This document shows positions 1-11,828 of a stretch of 64,000 nucleotides of DNA, in pieces. The stretch covers positions 4,588,001-4,652,000 of the forward strand of contig OZ193909.1 of assembly GCA_964276515.1 (NCBI GenBank), read 5' to 3'. The notes below the pieces were generated by a model, which saw only the letters and a list, made by a program, of their open reading frames with translations, was not told the DNA's origin and searched no databases. A program made the position numbers and the translations under genes. How positions within the stretch are numbered: the stretch's first letter is position 1; every line of letters begins with the position of its first letter. The stretch is from Gordius albopunctatus (Eukaryota).

Positions 1-142
1 CGGGTGGTCTAAAGAAAAGTTTAATTCACCAAAATGACTGCATCATAAAGAATAGTAGGTAATCAAGCGCCAAAATCTAACATAGTTCCGTCAGGCTTGG
101 AAGGCCGGGATATCAATGCTCCCTCATTCCATATAAAACAAA

Positions 143-1905
143 ATGTATACTACAACAAAGACGCAGAATGAAAACCATAGGACGTCCCCCTTAAGCGACG
201 CGCGCATTCTTCGCCTGGAATGTGTGGGAAATAAACGAAGGCTACCGCTCTCTCAACAAACGTAAGCGGTTAAAGACATTAGTTTGCGTAGGATAAAGTT
301 TGGGTCATGGAATATTGGTACAAGGACTAGCAAGAGCAGAGTATGGCAGACGTTCAAAAGAGGAGAAAATCAATATCGCGTGTATACAAGAGACCAAATG
401 GAAGGGCCAAAAAGCAAAATACATAGGGGACGGATACAAATTATATTTTTACGGTACAGAAACTCACCGGAATGGCGTCGGTATAGTGCTATCGGAAGAA
501 TTTCAGCAAACTGTGGTCGACGTTAAAAGAATCAATGACAGAATTATGGCGATACAGCTTTGTTATAAATCTACTACGATAAACGTTATATCAGCATACG
601 CCCCTCAAAGTGGATGCTCTGAGACGGAAAAAGAGTGTTTATGGAAGGAGCTTGAAGATGTTCTATCCCAATTCGGTAAAGAGGAATAATAATTATCGGA
701 GCGGACCTCAATGGACACGTGGGCAAATCAAGGGGAGGATTTTAAAGAAATCACGGTGGTCGGGGTTACGGCCTGAGAAATGAAGGAGATACGGAAATTC
801 TAGAAATTGCTCAAGCTTTTGACCTAGCAATAGGAAATACCTTCTTCAAAAAGAGACAGGAACATCTTATAACGTACAAAAGCGGCAGCCGTACCACTCA
901 GATAGATTTCTTTCTAGTCAACAGAGTGCACTTAAAGTATGTTCAAAATGTTAAGGTAATACCGAGTGAAATATTGGCCTGCCAACACAAGCTGTTGGTG
1001 ATGGACTTTATATTAAAGGGCAAAAGGTACAAAGAGTAGCCGCTACTATACAATGGATGAAACTAAAGGATAATATTCAACATTTTAAGGAGCAAGTAAT
1101 TAAAGATGCTGAATTTAAGAAAAATACTTCATGTGAGGATCAATGGAATGGTATAGCTGCCACAATGCGAAAAGCGGGACGACAAATACTAGGTGAAAGC
1201 AAGCTCGCTAAAAGAATTCTCAAGGAGACGTGGTGGTGGAATGAAGAAGTGCAAAAATGTATCAAGAAGAAGAAGAGATTGTACAAAGTTTGGCATAAAA
1301 GCAAGGATAGTAATGATAAGCAAGCTTACCAAGTAGCTAAAAGATCGGCTAAAAAATTGTAGCGAAGCTAGGAACCAGGTTTACGACGATATAAATGTAA
1401 AACTCAACTCAAAGGAAGGAGAAAGATTGATCTACAAAGTCGCAAAGTCAAGGGCCCGAAATTCTAAAGATTACCTAGAATGCCGGCTAATCAAGGGTCA
1501 AAAGGGAGAAATACTAACACACGACAGCCATATACTACAAAGATGGTACGACTATTATAGCGATTTATCAATTGAAAAGGGGCCTGTAGTCGAAGACACT
1601 AACCAGGAAAAAACAATAGGAGAATTAAAAAAAGCGGACTGGATCACGGAAACGGAAGTCAAAGTTGCTATGGGTAAACTAAAGTCAGGAAAAGCCATTG
1701 GACCCGACAATATACCAATAGAGGGCTTCAAAGCGTTAGGCAATACTGGTGCACAATTCCACACCAACCTTTTCAACAATATCTTGAAAACGGGTAAATA
1801 GCCTAACGAGTCGAGGGATAGCTACATGATCCCGATATACAAGATGAAAGGGGACATTCAGGATTGCAACAATTACAGAGGGATAAAGCTTATGAGTCAC
1901 ACTTT
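143..1905 (+). mobile_element. RTE-clade LINE, 5' part (AP endonuclease + start of RT), frameshifted and 3'-truncated
   Basis: APE motifs FGSWNIGT, IACIQETKW, ISAYAPQSG; linker ETWWWNEEV; RT start KAIGPDNIP and CNNYRGIKL; stops and frameshifts. Near-identical to 46222-47050 over 992-1905. Confidence 0.9.
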
Positions 1906-2000
1906 CCAAATTATATTTTAAAAAATTATTATGTTTTTGAATCATTACTAAACCTATTGTATCTCCTACCACCCCCTCCAATTAAAACTCTAACGGACAT

Positions 2001-2140
2001 TAGAGGTAGGATAACTTTTCTGACAAATCGCCCGCCCGAACCCTTTAAGGTGTTAGCTCGGCCATGCTAAAACTTCTCGGCCCGATAAATTATATTTGAC
2101 CGCTAGGCCCGAATATAGATCCCAAATATTTCAGCCACTA
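2001..2140 (-). mobile_element. Truncated terminal fragment of the hAT family seen at 10362-11828
   Basis: TAGAGGT..CCCGCCCGAACCCTT..GCTCGGCCATGC is the reverse complement of sequence at 11460-11510 and 11760-11828. Confidence 0.55.
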
Positions 2141-2697
2141 TTATATAAGGATTGAGGGGTCGGTGTGGCCTAAGTTTTTGAGATATACCATTTTCCCCTT
2201 TCCTTATATACATCTAAACGACCCATGCGATCTAATTAAAGGTTGCATAAAGCTTGGATCATTTTTATGAAAGTTGCCAGGGATTTGAATTAAATGAGTG
2301 GGTAGAGATTTTATAAAAAATATTTGAGGAGCGCCAAAACAATAATTTTTTATGATAATTATGTTATATTTTCGTAAAATTTAATATATATTTCCCCATT
2401 TTTTAAATTGCATAGCAATTAATAAAAAAGTGACATAATAATGCACTCTCTAAAAAATCTTATTAAGCTGCGATCCTTGTTAAAGTACCCGCCCAAAAAT
2501 TTGTAATTTAGGACGTCTCTGATAATCATATTTTATTTCGCGATAAAAATAAACTTGCCTTCAAAATAATGTACATTGATCAATAAAAAGCGTAGGTAAT
2601 ATATCTATAAATTATTTTACCGCTTAAAATGTTGCGAGGCATATTTGAGTTGGTTACAATATTGTTTATCAGGCGAAATTGATACTTGTTGATGTTA

Positions 2698-2869
2698 CCT
2701 GGACGTAGCCGGGGGGGGGGGGGGCAGGGAGGGCGTTGGCCCCCCTCTAAATCCAAAAATTTGGTGAAATTTATTAAAATTAAGGTTAAAGATTCAAACA
2801 ATGATCATTTTTTGCCCCTCCCTAAATGATTATTGCTCCCCTCTAATCTCAATGCTGGCTACTACAATG
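2698..2869. mobile_element. ~170-bp MITE, same family as 10658-10821
   Basis: Shares GCGTAG/CTACG-type ends, G-tract/C-tract and the internal TCATTTTTTGCCCC..TGCTGGCTAC segment with the 10658 copy. Confidence 0.7.
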
Positions 2870-2898
2870 TTTAGGTTAATCATAAATTTCTCTCATAA

Positions 2899-3360
2899 CT
2901 TTTTTTAAAAAATCTTTATTAGGTGAAGTCTATATATAATAAAAATATAAAACACGATCAATAAATAAATAAAAGGCGTGGCTACTCTTCATCTTCATCG
3001 AGGACCAGGTGTCGGAAAATGCCTTATAGTTGTATTTGGCTATTAAAATTCCTATTTTTTGGCGCAAAAGAAAGCTTGCGGAGTATTTTCCTTCGGGAGA
3101 TCTCTTTCCTATCAATTTAAAAAAGGCTAATGCCTGTTTACCAAAAGTAGCGGAACAGGAAGCCACGATAGGGATAAAAATTTTAGAAGGGATTATATCA
3201 CGGTATTTATTGGTTTTGCGTGTTTCCACTAGGGCTAGTAGGTCAGCTTTATTGTTAGAGGGTGCAAATACGTTGATGCAGATAAAGTCCCAAGATAAAA
3301 ACTTACCATCATCCCATGGAATTGTGGATGTTCCATCGGGGCGCATTCTACCCTCAAGAG
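2899..3360 (-). mobile_element. 5'-truncated CRE-like non-LTR retrotransposon (restriction-like endonuclease end)
   Basis: RPDG..PW..WDFIC..RK..KY..FIPIV..RQKI..AKYN pattern of RLE-type CRE elements; AATAAA and short poly(A) at the minus-strand 3' end. Confidence 0.75.
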
Positions 3361-3711
3361 AACTAGATTATACATCAAATTACTTATTTCTAAATACCCA
3401 TTTTCTCTTTTTTGTTGTACCCTGTTTAATGATTAATTCAAGAGATTTTCTGACAGCCGTATAACCATAATTCCATATAAAATGATGTATATTATATTAC
3501 TTAAAAGGTTGTAACAAAATTAATTTTATTTATTTTGTCACAAGTATCAGTACAAAAAATACTTTAAATAAAACATTTTTAATAGAATATACATATTATC
3601 TGTGATAAAATTTATTGAAATTTGTAATAATATTCTAGATAACAAAAAATAAGCAATATATATTCTATCAACATGTCAATGATTAAGAAATTTGTATCAC
3701 GATCACACAAT

Positions 3712-4532
3712 TTAATCATTTGTGACATTTTTCCAAAAATGTGGATTTAATTTTATTTTGTTCATAAAATTGTTGTACCATTGCTCTAAAATATTTGAAG
3801 GAAAATATGTTTTACTACCATCTTTAGACATCTCAGGTATTTCAGTACCAAATGTAGAAATTAAGGCTTGTTTAATATTTTCACCAGAAACCATATAAGA
3901 GGCGGCAAAATTATAAAAATTTTGAAGCATCTTGACTGCAAACTCAACTTGCTGATGTACAGATAAATCTGTAGAGTTTTTTTGTTGATTTGTTTTGGAT
4001 AATAATGATGATGGAATGATAGCATTATTTTTTGGGTTATGGATTTTTTCAAGTGCTTCAATATTTGTTAATGGTTCAATGGAAATACCAATTTGAGCAA
4101 CATTATGTATTGCAACAGTAGAAGCAAAAGAATTTAATGATTTAGTTTCATCTTTGCAAAAATAGGTATATTAAAATTTAAGAATTTACTTTTCAGTTCA
4201 GATATTTTAAAAATTGCACTAGGTTTATGATTGGATAAATGACCCATATAATGCCAATTTAAACTATGAGCATCCATAGAATTCTGGGCTATATGAAAAT
4301 AAACTTACAAGATGCAATGTATGATATATTTTTCGAACCTGCACCACCCATGTTTTCAGGAAACGGGATAGCCCCAGTCAAAAATACAACAATGTGATTA
4401 ATATTGTCGACATTCTCTATATTAAACAGAATTTGGGCATCTGTTACCTTTTCAAAATTGGTTTGAACCTAGATACGTAAGTAAAAAAGATTATTGTTAT
4501 ACCAATCGTCCTGCTACAATGATTGCAAACAT
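3712..4532 (-). CDS. HIKESHI: Hikeshi/OPI10 family protein (Hsp70 nuclear import carrier), 4 exons
   Basis: Spliced translation MFAIIVAGRL/VQTNFEKV..INHIVVFLTGAIPFP..GGA/VYF..W.YMG.LSNHKPSAIFKIS/..AQIGISIEP..KMLQNFYNFAASY..WYNNF..NPHFWK. GT-AG introns at 4469-4502, 4304-4338 and 4152-4189. Confidence 0.93.
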
Positions 4533-4604
4533 GTGAAAAAAGGTAAAACACCTGGCTCTTTTTAAAAAATGTCATTCAGCTCGTTACAAACATATGGCTC
4601 CTGT

Positions 4605-4760
4605 GGGTGCCCTATCAACTCCCCGAAAATCATCTCGCCGAATTTAATGTCCCCCGGTTAAAAAAGGTCCTCTAAATTTAAAATCGTCCCCCATTCAACC
4701 AATCACAAAATATCCCAGGTGAACTCAGGTAGATTGTTTTCGTCAAGTTGACGTACCATC
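4605..4760. mobile_element. MITE with 9-bp TSD (Mutator-like)
   Basis: Flanked by direct GGCTCCTGT at 4596-4604 and 4761-4769; imperfect TIRs GGTGCCCTATCAACT / AGTTGACGTACC; related copy at 23871-24143. Confidence 0.75.
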
Positions 4761-4929
4761 GGCTCCTGTCGCATTTCAATTACTGCATGTGTTAAGTAAA
4801 TAAAGAAATTTGAAGTTATTAAGAATTTCTTAAACTGGAGGGTCTAGTGTACTTTTAATAGTGATGATGAAATATAGAAAATAGCTCCATTAGGCGCTAT
4901 AAGATATAGCGCATAGTCACATAAGGTGC

Positions 4930-5271
4930 TGTTGCGTCCATTGTCTTAATGGATTTGGAACTTAATTGACACATTTACATTACCTTACTACTTCGCGACG
5001 TTAATTGACCAATCAGGCATACCTCGCGGATTCACCACTAAATGTAATTGATTGATTTATACCTTGCGGAGGCACCACTAAATGTAATTGATTTATTTAT
5101 AACTCTCGGAGGCACCACTAAACTTAATTGATTTATTCAATTAATTCACGAGTATATAAAGGAGTTTAAAACACTTCTTACTCACTTACTTTTCTCGCAA
5201 ACGATTTACTTTAATTGGATATACAATAAAGTAATTTATTACTTTATCCTTTTACTATATACTTCCCGAAA
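4930..5271 (+). mobile_element. Probable solo LTR inserted in a GCTATAGCGC-repeat element (~4845-5456)
   Basis: Begins TGTT, ends CGAAA, flanked by GTGC direct repeat; three tandem ~40-bp CACCACTAAATGTAATTGATT units, then TATATAAA (5153) and AATAAA (5225). Confidence 0.55.
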
Positions 5272-5796
5272 GTGCACTGAGCTATAGCGCATAATTATTT
5301 ATAAGGTCTTTAGTTATATCGCTTAGTTATATGAGGAGCTATTATCTGTAGCGCATAATTACTAAAAGGCGGTTGAGCTATAGCGCTTAGTTTCATAAGC
5401 CGCTATAATCTGATGCACTAGAGCAATAGCGCATAGTGACTTGGAGGCAGACACTAGTGATAAAAAATTTTCTCCTCCCAAATGAAGCTTACTTTACCCT
5501 CCCTCCTTTCCAATAGTTAATGCTTTTAAATTGTTAGATAAATAAAGAGATTTTAGCTTCATTTTTTGAATTACATAACCTTTAATTTCAAACACTTTCC
5601 TCTTTTGGTCCTCTCTATGCCGCCTACCCTTATTCTCACGTTTTTTAATTGATAACCTTATCTCTATTATGAAAATTATGGTTCCCTATTGATTTACAAA
5701 ACAAATATTTAATAATAAAATATTTCCAACAATATACTTCAGGTTTTTTTTAAATTTTAACCGTCGTTCATATGACGGTCCCAATTGCGTGTACAA

Positions 5797-7230
5797 TTTT
5801 TTTTTGAGATAAAGTTGGTTTATTAATATATATCTAAACACAATATTAAATGGTACAATTACATAACAATGATATTTAAACAACATTATATGAGTTATAT
5901 GTCTTTATCTTCCTCTTTTAGAAGAGGCCAGGAATCCAAAAAAGATTTGAAATTAAATTTTGCAATTAAGATAGCTATTTATTGTTTCGATAAAAATGCG
6001 GGGGAATATTTGGAGGGAGTGGATCGCCTGCCTATTTCTTTGAATAAAGCCAACGCCATTTTCCCATAGGATCCTGAACAGGAGGAAAATATAGGGATAA
6101 AAATACTAGAGCCCAAAAGGGCCTTGTATTTTTGGAGCTTGCGTTCTTCAGCGAGGGCCATGGGGTCATAATTAAGATTAGAAGGGGCAAATAGGTCTAT
6201 GCATGTAAAATCCCACTTTAAAAGGAGATTATTTTCCCATGGGACTAGCGAGGTACCGTCAGGACGCATTCGACCTTCAGGGGCAGGATCTGAAGGTTCA
6301 AGTATGGATTGAATTTGGGCCTTTTTAAGGGCTGACTGGATAATAGAATTAATTTTAGAGTGGCGCAAGTGTCTAAATTTATTAAGTCTGCAGTGTAACG
6401 GGTGGCGTGCTTCTTCATCCACTGGTAGGTTGCAATTTTTACAGGCATTGGCCTTGGTGTATTTTATACCAAGGCTTAGTGCTATATTGTAGGATAGCTT
6501 GCAATCCTCTAACATCATATTGGAGAACTTGCTAGAAAAAGCCTCTAGCCATTCATGTCCATATTTATCAAACACCAAAGATCTAAGGTTGTAAATGTTG
6601 TTTGGTATCGCAGCTCGAAAGGAGATAAGCAACAATCCTTTTGATTTGGTGTTTGTGGTGGTGAGCTTTCTGGTAAAACATTTAAATTCCAAAGGGATAG
6701 GGCCTTTATAAATGTTTCATCGAGGGAGTATGAGATTAGTTTAGCGACGATAGATTTTGAGGATAAGTCGGAGGATATAAATGAGGCTAATGATATGGAG
6801 CTTGGTGAACGAATTCCCAGACCCCCATATTTTGTTGGTAATGTGGCTTGTAGCTAGGTGTTAGTATCGAATGATAAGTTGCGGGTGGATATGATGACAG
6901 ATTTTATGTGGGTTTCGAAATTATGTAAAATATTTGTATGCAAAAATGCACTTGTGGATCGGAAACAAAATAATATTTTGGCTATATTGAAGTAGTTTTT
7001 CATTATTTAAAATGCGTGATGGGCTGGCATAACCTTAAAAATTTCATTTTTACATTAAAAATTTTTAAGGTTATTATCGAGATAACTTTTTTAAGATTCT
7101 GGACCGCCTATTGGAGAACCAAGTAAAAATACCTCGTCCTTCTCAAAGCGTAAAAAAGATGCAAAGGATGGGTGGATGTCACTTGTGCTGTCAGAATAAA
7201 TTTCGCATTTTGTCGCGTTTAATGATAGAA
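5797..7230 (-). mobile_element. CRE-like non-LTR retrotransposon 3' half (RT C-terminus, Cys/His motif, RLE), decayed
   Basis: LLGSPIG and ATLPTKYGGLGIR RT-thumb motifs; ORF 5979-6692 with CKNC..HPLHC..RH and RPDG..WDFTC; poly(A) end at ~5797. Confidence 0.82.
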
Positions 7231-10200
7231 TTATATATTTAGACGAAAATAAGATTAAGTTTATTTTATTAAATGTAACGCGCGAAGATATATTGTTGAA
7301 TTAATTAGCGTAAATATAAGAAGCGAGGGGGAAGAAATATGGGGAAAAGTTTTTGACGCGAGGTTATTAAACGAAGGGTGGGGGTAGGGGTTTGAACCCG
7401 CCCAAAATAAAATCGGGTTCGTGTTCGGGTTCGGGTTTAAGGAATTGGGTTCGGATACAGGTTCGGGTTCTAGAAATTATATTATACTAATAATACATTT
7501 TTACCTTCAAAAAATTATTGAATAGTTAACTTAATTTTTAAATAGCACCTAATTAAATTCACATGCCAATTATTTCATCTCATTGTGCATATGTATTTAT
7601 TGAATTTTTTATATTCTAATTTATTTTTGGATTTAAAAGCAAAAAAATATAATTAATAAAAGCCATACCATATTATAAATTACACAAAAATATTTTTATT
7701 CAACGTATACTTCACATTCACATCATGAAATATAAATACAGTTGACACATAAATTATGTGTATAATCTAATATACTAGTCTAATATATAAAATTCTCGTC
7801 AAACGGTGTGGTTTATTCAATTCCTCCGAAACGGCTGGGACCGATTTAGATGGAAATTTCTGCGAATATTTGGTAGGTCTGAGCCTAGGTTTTTAACTAT
7901 ATTCGAAATCTCTAAGTCATAAGACGGTCAAGTTATTTAGTTTTATACGTTTTGTCACTTAATGAAATGTCAATCAAAGTATTTTCTAGAACGTCATGCG
8001 TGTAGGTAGTGTTCACCTTTAAGTACTTTTTATTAAATGTTCACATTTTTATTTATTTGCTCAGTAATTTATTAAACAATGCCAGCTAAATGCAAAAAGA
8101 ACAATTTGGGTCGTCAAACGAAACAAAATGCAATAAGGAAGATAAAAAGAGTACAAAGAACAGACGAACAAACCCTACAAAACAATGCAGATAAGGGTAT
8201 GAGTATGGCCCAAATACGTGATTCACAATCGCAAGAGGCACGAGATGAACGAAATCAACAAAGACGATTAAAAAAACAAGCTCTCCGATTTGTAATCAAC
8301 ACACGTAGAGAAAATTACCTACACCGCCTACAAGTACATCGAGCATTTAAATCGGCTTCATTCCTTCGACTAGCATTCTACTATGAGCCAGATGTAGAAT
8401 ATTACGCCCATTCCAAAGTGGTCATTGGTACTATGGACAAGGTTTGTCCTCATTGTCTTGTACTTAAATATAAAAATGAGTCGGCCGGGATGTGTTGCGC
8501 ATCAGGAAAAGTTCGACTAACGGAGATTGAAACACCACCTGAACTATCGCACGGTTTACTTATCGGTACGGATCCTGATTCTAACCTGTTCCTGAAGTTA
8601 ATTCGGACATTTAATTCATGCTTCCAAATGACATCGTTCGGAGCAACAGAAATAGTTCAAAATAATGCTTCAAACGGTCAACAATTTAATTCAACGTTTA
8701 AAATAAAAGGCCAGGTTTTTCACAAAGTGGGTTCATTGCAAGACAACGTCATACTACGATGTCGTGAGCTTTGCCAACAATTCATGGTCTACATGTATGT
8801 GAAGATAGAGAGCGAACGTCTACGATACTTAAGATATAACCAACAGAAACTGCGTGCGGAAGAATACATTCACTTACGAGACGCTATCGCGAACAACGCC
8901 AACACTGCTGACATTGGTAACTCTATTATTCTACCGTCATCTTACGTAGGGAGTCCACGTCACATGCAGGAATACATACAGGATGCTATGGCTTACGTAC
9001 GCGAATACGAACGACACTGTTTTTTATCACGTTTACATGTAATCCAAAATGGCAGGAAATTAGATCGTTGTTATTACCAGGAAAAAATGCAATACATCGT
9101 CATGACATTACGACACGGGTGTTTAAACAAAAATTAAAGTCTTTCATTAATTTCATTACAAAATAACGTATATTTGGCCTTGCACGTTGCTGGATGTATT
9201 CGGTTGAGTGGCAAAAGCGAGGATTACCTCATGCTCACATTTTGATTTGGTTCGTCGAAAAAACACGTCCTGAAGACATTGATAGTTTAATTTCTGCAGA
9301 AATCCTTAATCTGTCTACTGATCCATTATTGTTTGATATTCTTACTACAAACATGATTCATGGCCTATGTGGATATTTGAATTTGAATCGTTCATCGCCT
9401 TGCATGTTAGATGGAAAGTGTACAAAGTGTTTTCCTAAAAATTTCATCAATGATACGGTGACACATGTCGACGGATATCCTAATATCGTCGAAGAAGTAC
9501 CGATAATGGCGGGCAAATATTTACTAAAACTATCAGTAACGTAGCCATTGAGATTGACAATCGTTGGGTTGTACCATTTTCACCTTTGTTGTGCAAAACA
9601 TTCAATGATCATATTAATGTTGAATTCTGCAGTTCGGTGAAGAGCATCAAATATATATGCAAGTATGTTAAGAAAGGAAGTGATATGGCTGTATTTAGAA
9701 TAGATAATACCAATGTGAATGCTCTCCCATTGAATAACAATGATGAAATAACTAACTACCAAATTGGCCGGTGCATAAGCTCCAATGAAGCTGTTTGGCG
9801 GATCTTTGGTTTTTCTCTTCATGAACGGGATCCAGCAGTTATCCATTTAGCTGTCCATCTATAAAACGGCCAGCGTGTATTTTTCACGCACGAGACCGCC
9901 CTTGATCGTGCTATTAATCCACCAAAAACTACACTCACCGCTTTTTTTGAATTGTGTAATCGTTCCGATGATTTTGGTGCCTTCGTGCGAACTTTACTCT
10001 ATTCAGAAGTACCCCGCTATTTTACGTGGACTCAATCGAAAAAATGGATGCCCCGCAAGCAAGGCACACCAATTAATACATGTCCTGGTTTATTCAAATC
10101 AAATATTTTGGGTCGTGTATATACAGTGAATCCTAGGCAAACTGAGTGCTTTTATCTACCATTGTTGTTGGTAAATGTCACCGGCTCATTGTCATTTCAC

Positions 10201-10361
10201 GATATACGTAAAGTAAATGGACATCAGTATCCAACGTATAAAGATGCATGCCTTGTACTAGGCTTGCTAGAATATGACAACCATTGGGACTGTATGCTTA
10301 CTGAAGCAAAATTAAACTCAACAGCAACACAAATTCGTCTACTATTCGCTATAGTGTTGAC

Positions 10362-11828
10362 CAGGGCCCGGGCGGGCACGCTGATAAGATTCGGGCATGC
10401 CCAAAATTTTATCAAATTAATTTTCCTTGAAAAAAGAAAAATTCGCTTATAAACAATTTTGGGCTATAATAAATTCAACTAGATTTTTTTCCATCGCTTA
10501 AATCTTCATTGTACGTTTATATAATGTCCTAATTTCAATTTCTTCAAAATTAAATTTTATTTCGAATAAATTAGTTTAACTGGTTTGTCTCAAGCTCAAA
10601 AATTTTTAATTTTCAGATTATATTATAAAAGAAGAAAATCACAACGATTTAAACTGCCATGGGCGTAGACAGGGGGGGCAGGAAGGGGCAGCTGCCCCCC
10701 TCTAAACTCAAAAATTTGTTAAAATGCATTAAAATTATGGCTAAATTTTCAAAAAATGATCATTTTGCCCCTTACTAAATCCTTATTGCCCCCTCTAATT
10801 TTAATGCTGGCTACGCCTATGTAAACAGCTATTCTAATCTAATACTATGGAAGAAACCATTTTACTCTCTGGTAGTAAATTATTTTATTACATTTTTATC
10901 GCGTTCAGTTAAATCTTTGCCCTACTCCATTATGGAAAGGATTGGATTATTTATATTTATGTAGTAGCCAAAGCCATTTCATTGTTCGCAATACACTACA
11001 CATGTTTGCCGTCTAGACTTAAAACAAAGGCTCATGCCATTTTCTAACAATGCGCATAATTGTAATTCATTTAATTTCTTAACAACTAAAAAAACATGGT
11101 GGAAAAATAAAGCAAACAAGTCACATTAAAGTTATTAAAAATTGTAACTATTTTATGTATTCTAAATTAGCAAGGTTTACAAAAATACTCTTTGCCATCT
11201 CGGCGACGAGTGCTGCTAGTGAAAGAAGTTTTTCTATCGCAGGAAGATTAATAGAGGAAAGACACTCAAGATTATCCCCGGAAATTGTCGACGATTTGTT
11301 ATTATTACATAATAATTATGAATAATAAAATATTGTTATCTTTGTTTGGATCAATATGCCATTAATTTAATGCTTATTTTGTATTAATGGTTGAAAGATT
11401 TTGGGATTGGAAAATTTCGGGTCTACCGGGAAAATTTATTAATCAACCCGGGCAGCTCTAATGGTTTGGGCATGGCTGAGCCGACACCTAGAAGGGTTCA
11501 GGCGGGCAATTTAGTTAAAAATTTGGACCGGGCCGGGAACGGGCAGAAAAATCTAAAATACTCCGACCTCTTTTTGGGACCTCATAAATTCGGGACTAAC
11601 GGGCAAAATTAATATTTCGGGCCGGGCGATTCGGGCAGCTTTAACAATTCGAGCGGGCCCCGCCCGACACTTAGATGGGTTCGGGTGGGCCCCAGCGGAC
11701 ACTTAGATGGGTTCGGGCGGGCCCCAGTGGACACTTAGATGGGTTCGGGCGGGCCCAGGCGGGCAATGAAGTTAAAAATTTAGTTGGGCCGGGTTCGGGC
11801 AGAAAATTCCCAACAAATCTGACCTCTG
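10362..11828 (+). mobile_element. Internally deleted hAT element inserted in the Helitron ORF
   Basis: 8-bp TSD GTGTTGAC (10354-10361, 11829-11836); CAG..CTG ends; remnant hAT dimerization domain ATSAASERSFSIAG..RLSPEIVDDLLLL at ~11180-11325; three ~31-bp tandem subterminal repeats at 11667-11760. Confidence 0.88.
10658..10821. mobile_element. 164-bp hAT-type MITE nested in the hAT element
   Basis: TIR CATGGGCGTAG / CTACGCCTATG; 8-bp TSD TAAACTGC / TAAACAGC (1 mismatch). Confidence 0.82.

Noticed and set aside
1..280. HDV-like ribozyme in the RTE 5' region
   Set aside because: The nested double pseudoknot could not be identified by eye; the element's 5' end may lie outside the window.
11667..11760. 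CRISPR-like ~31-bp repeats
   Set aside because: Head-to-tail copies with no unique spacers, inside a hAT subterminal region of a eukaryotic genome.
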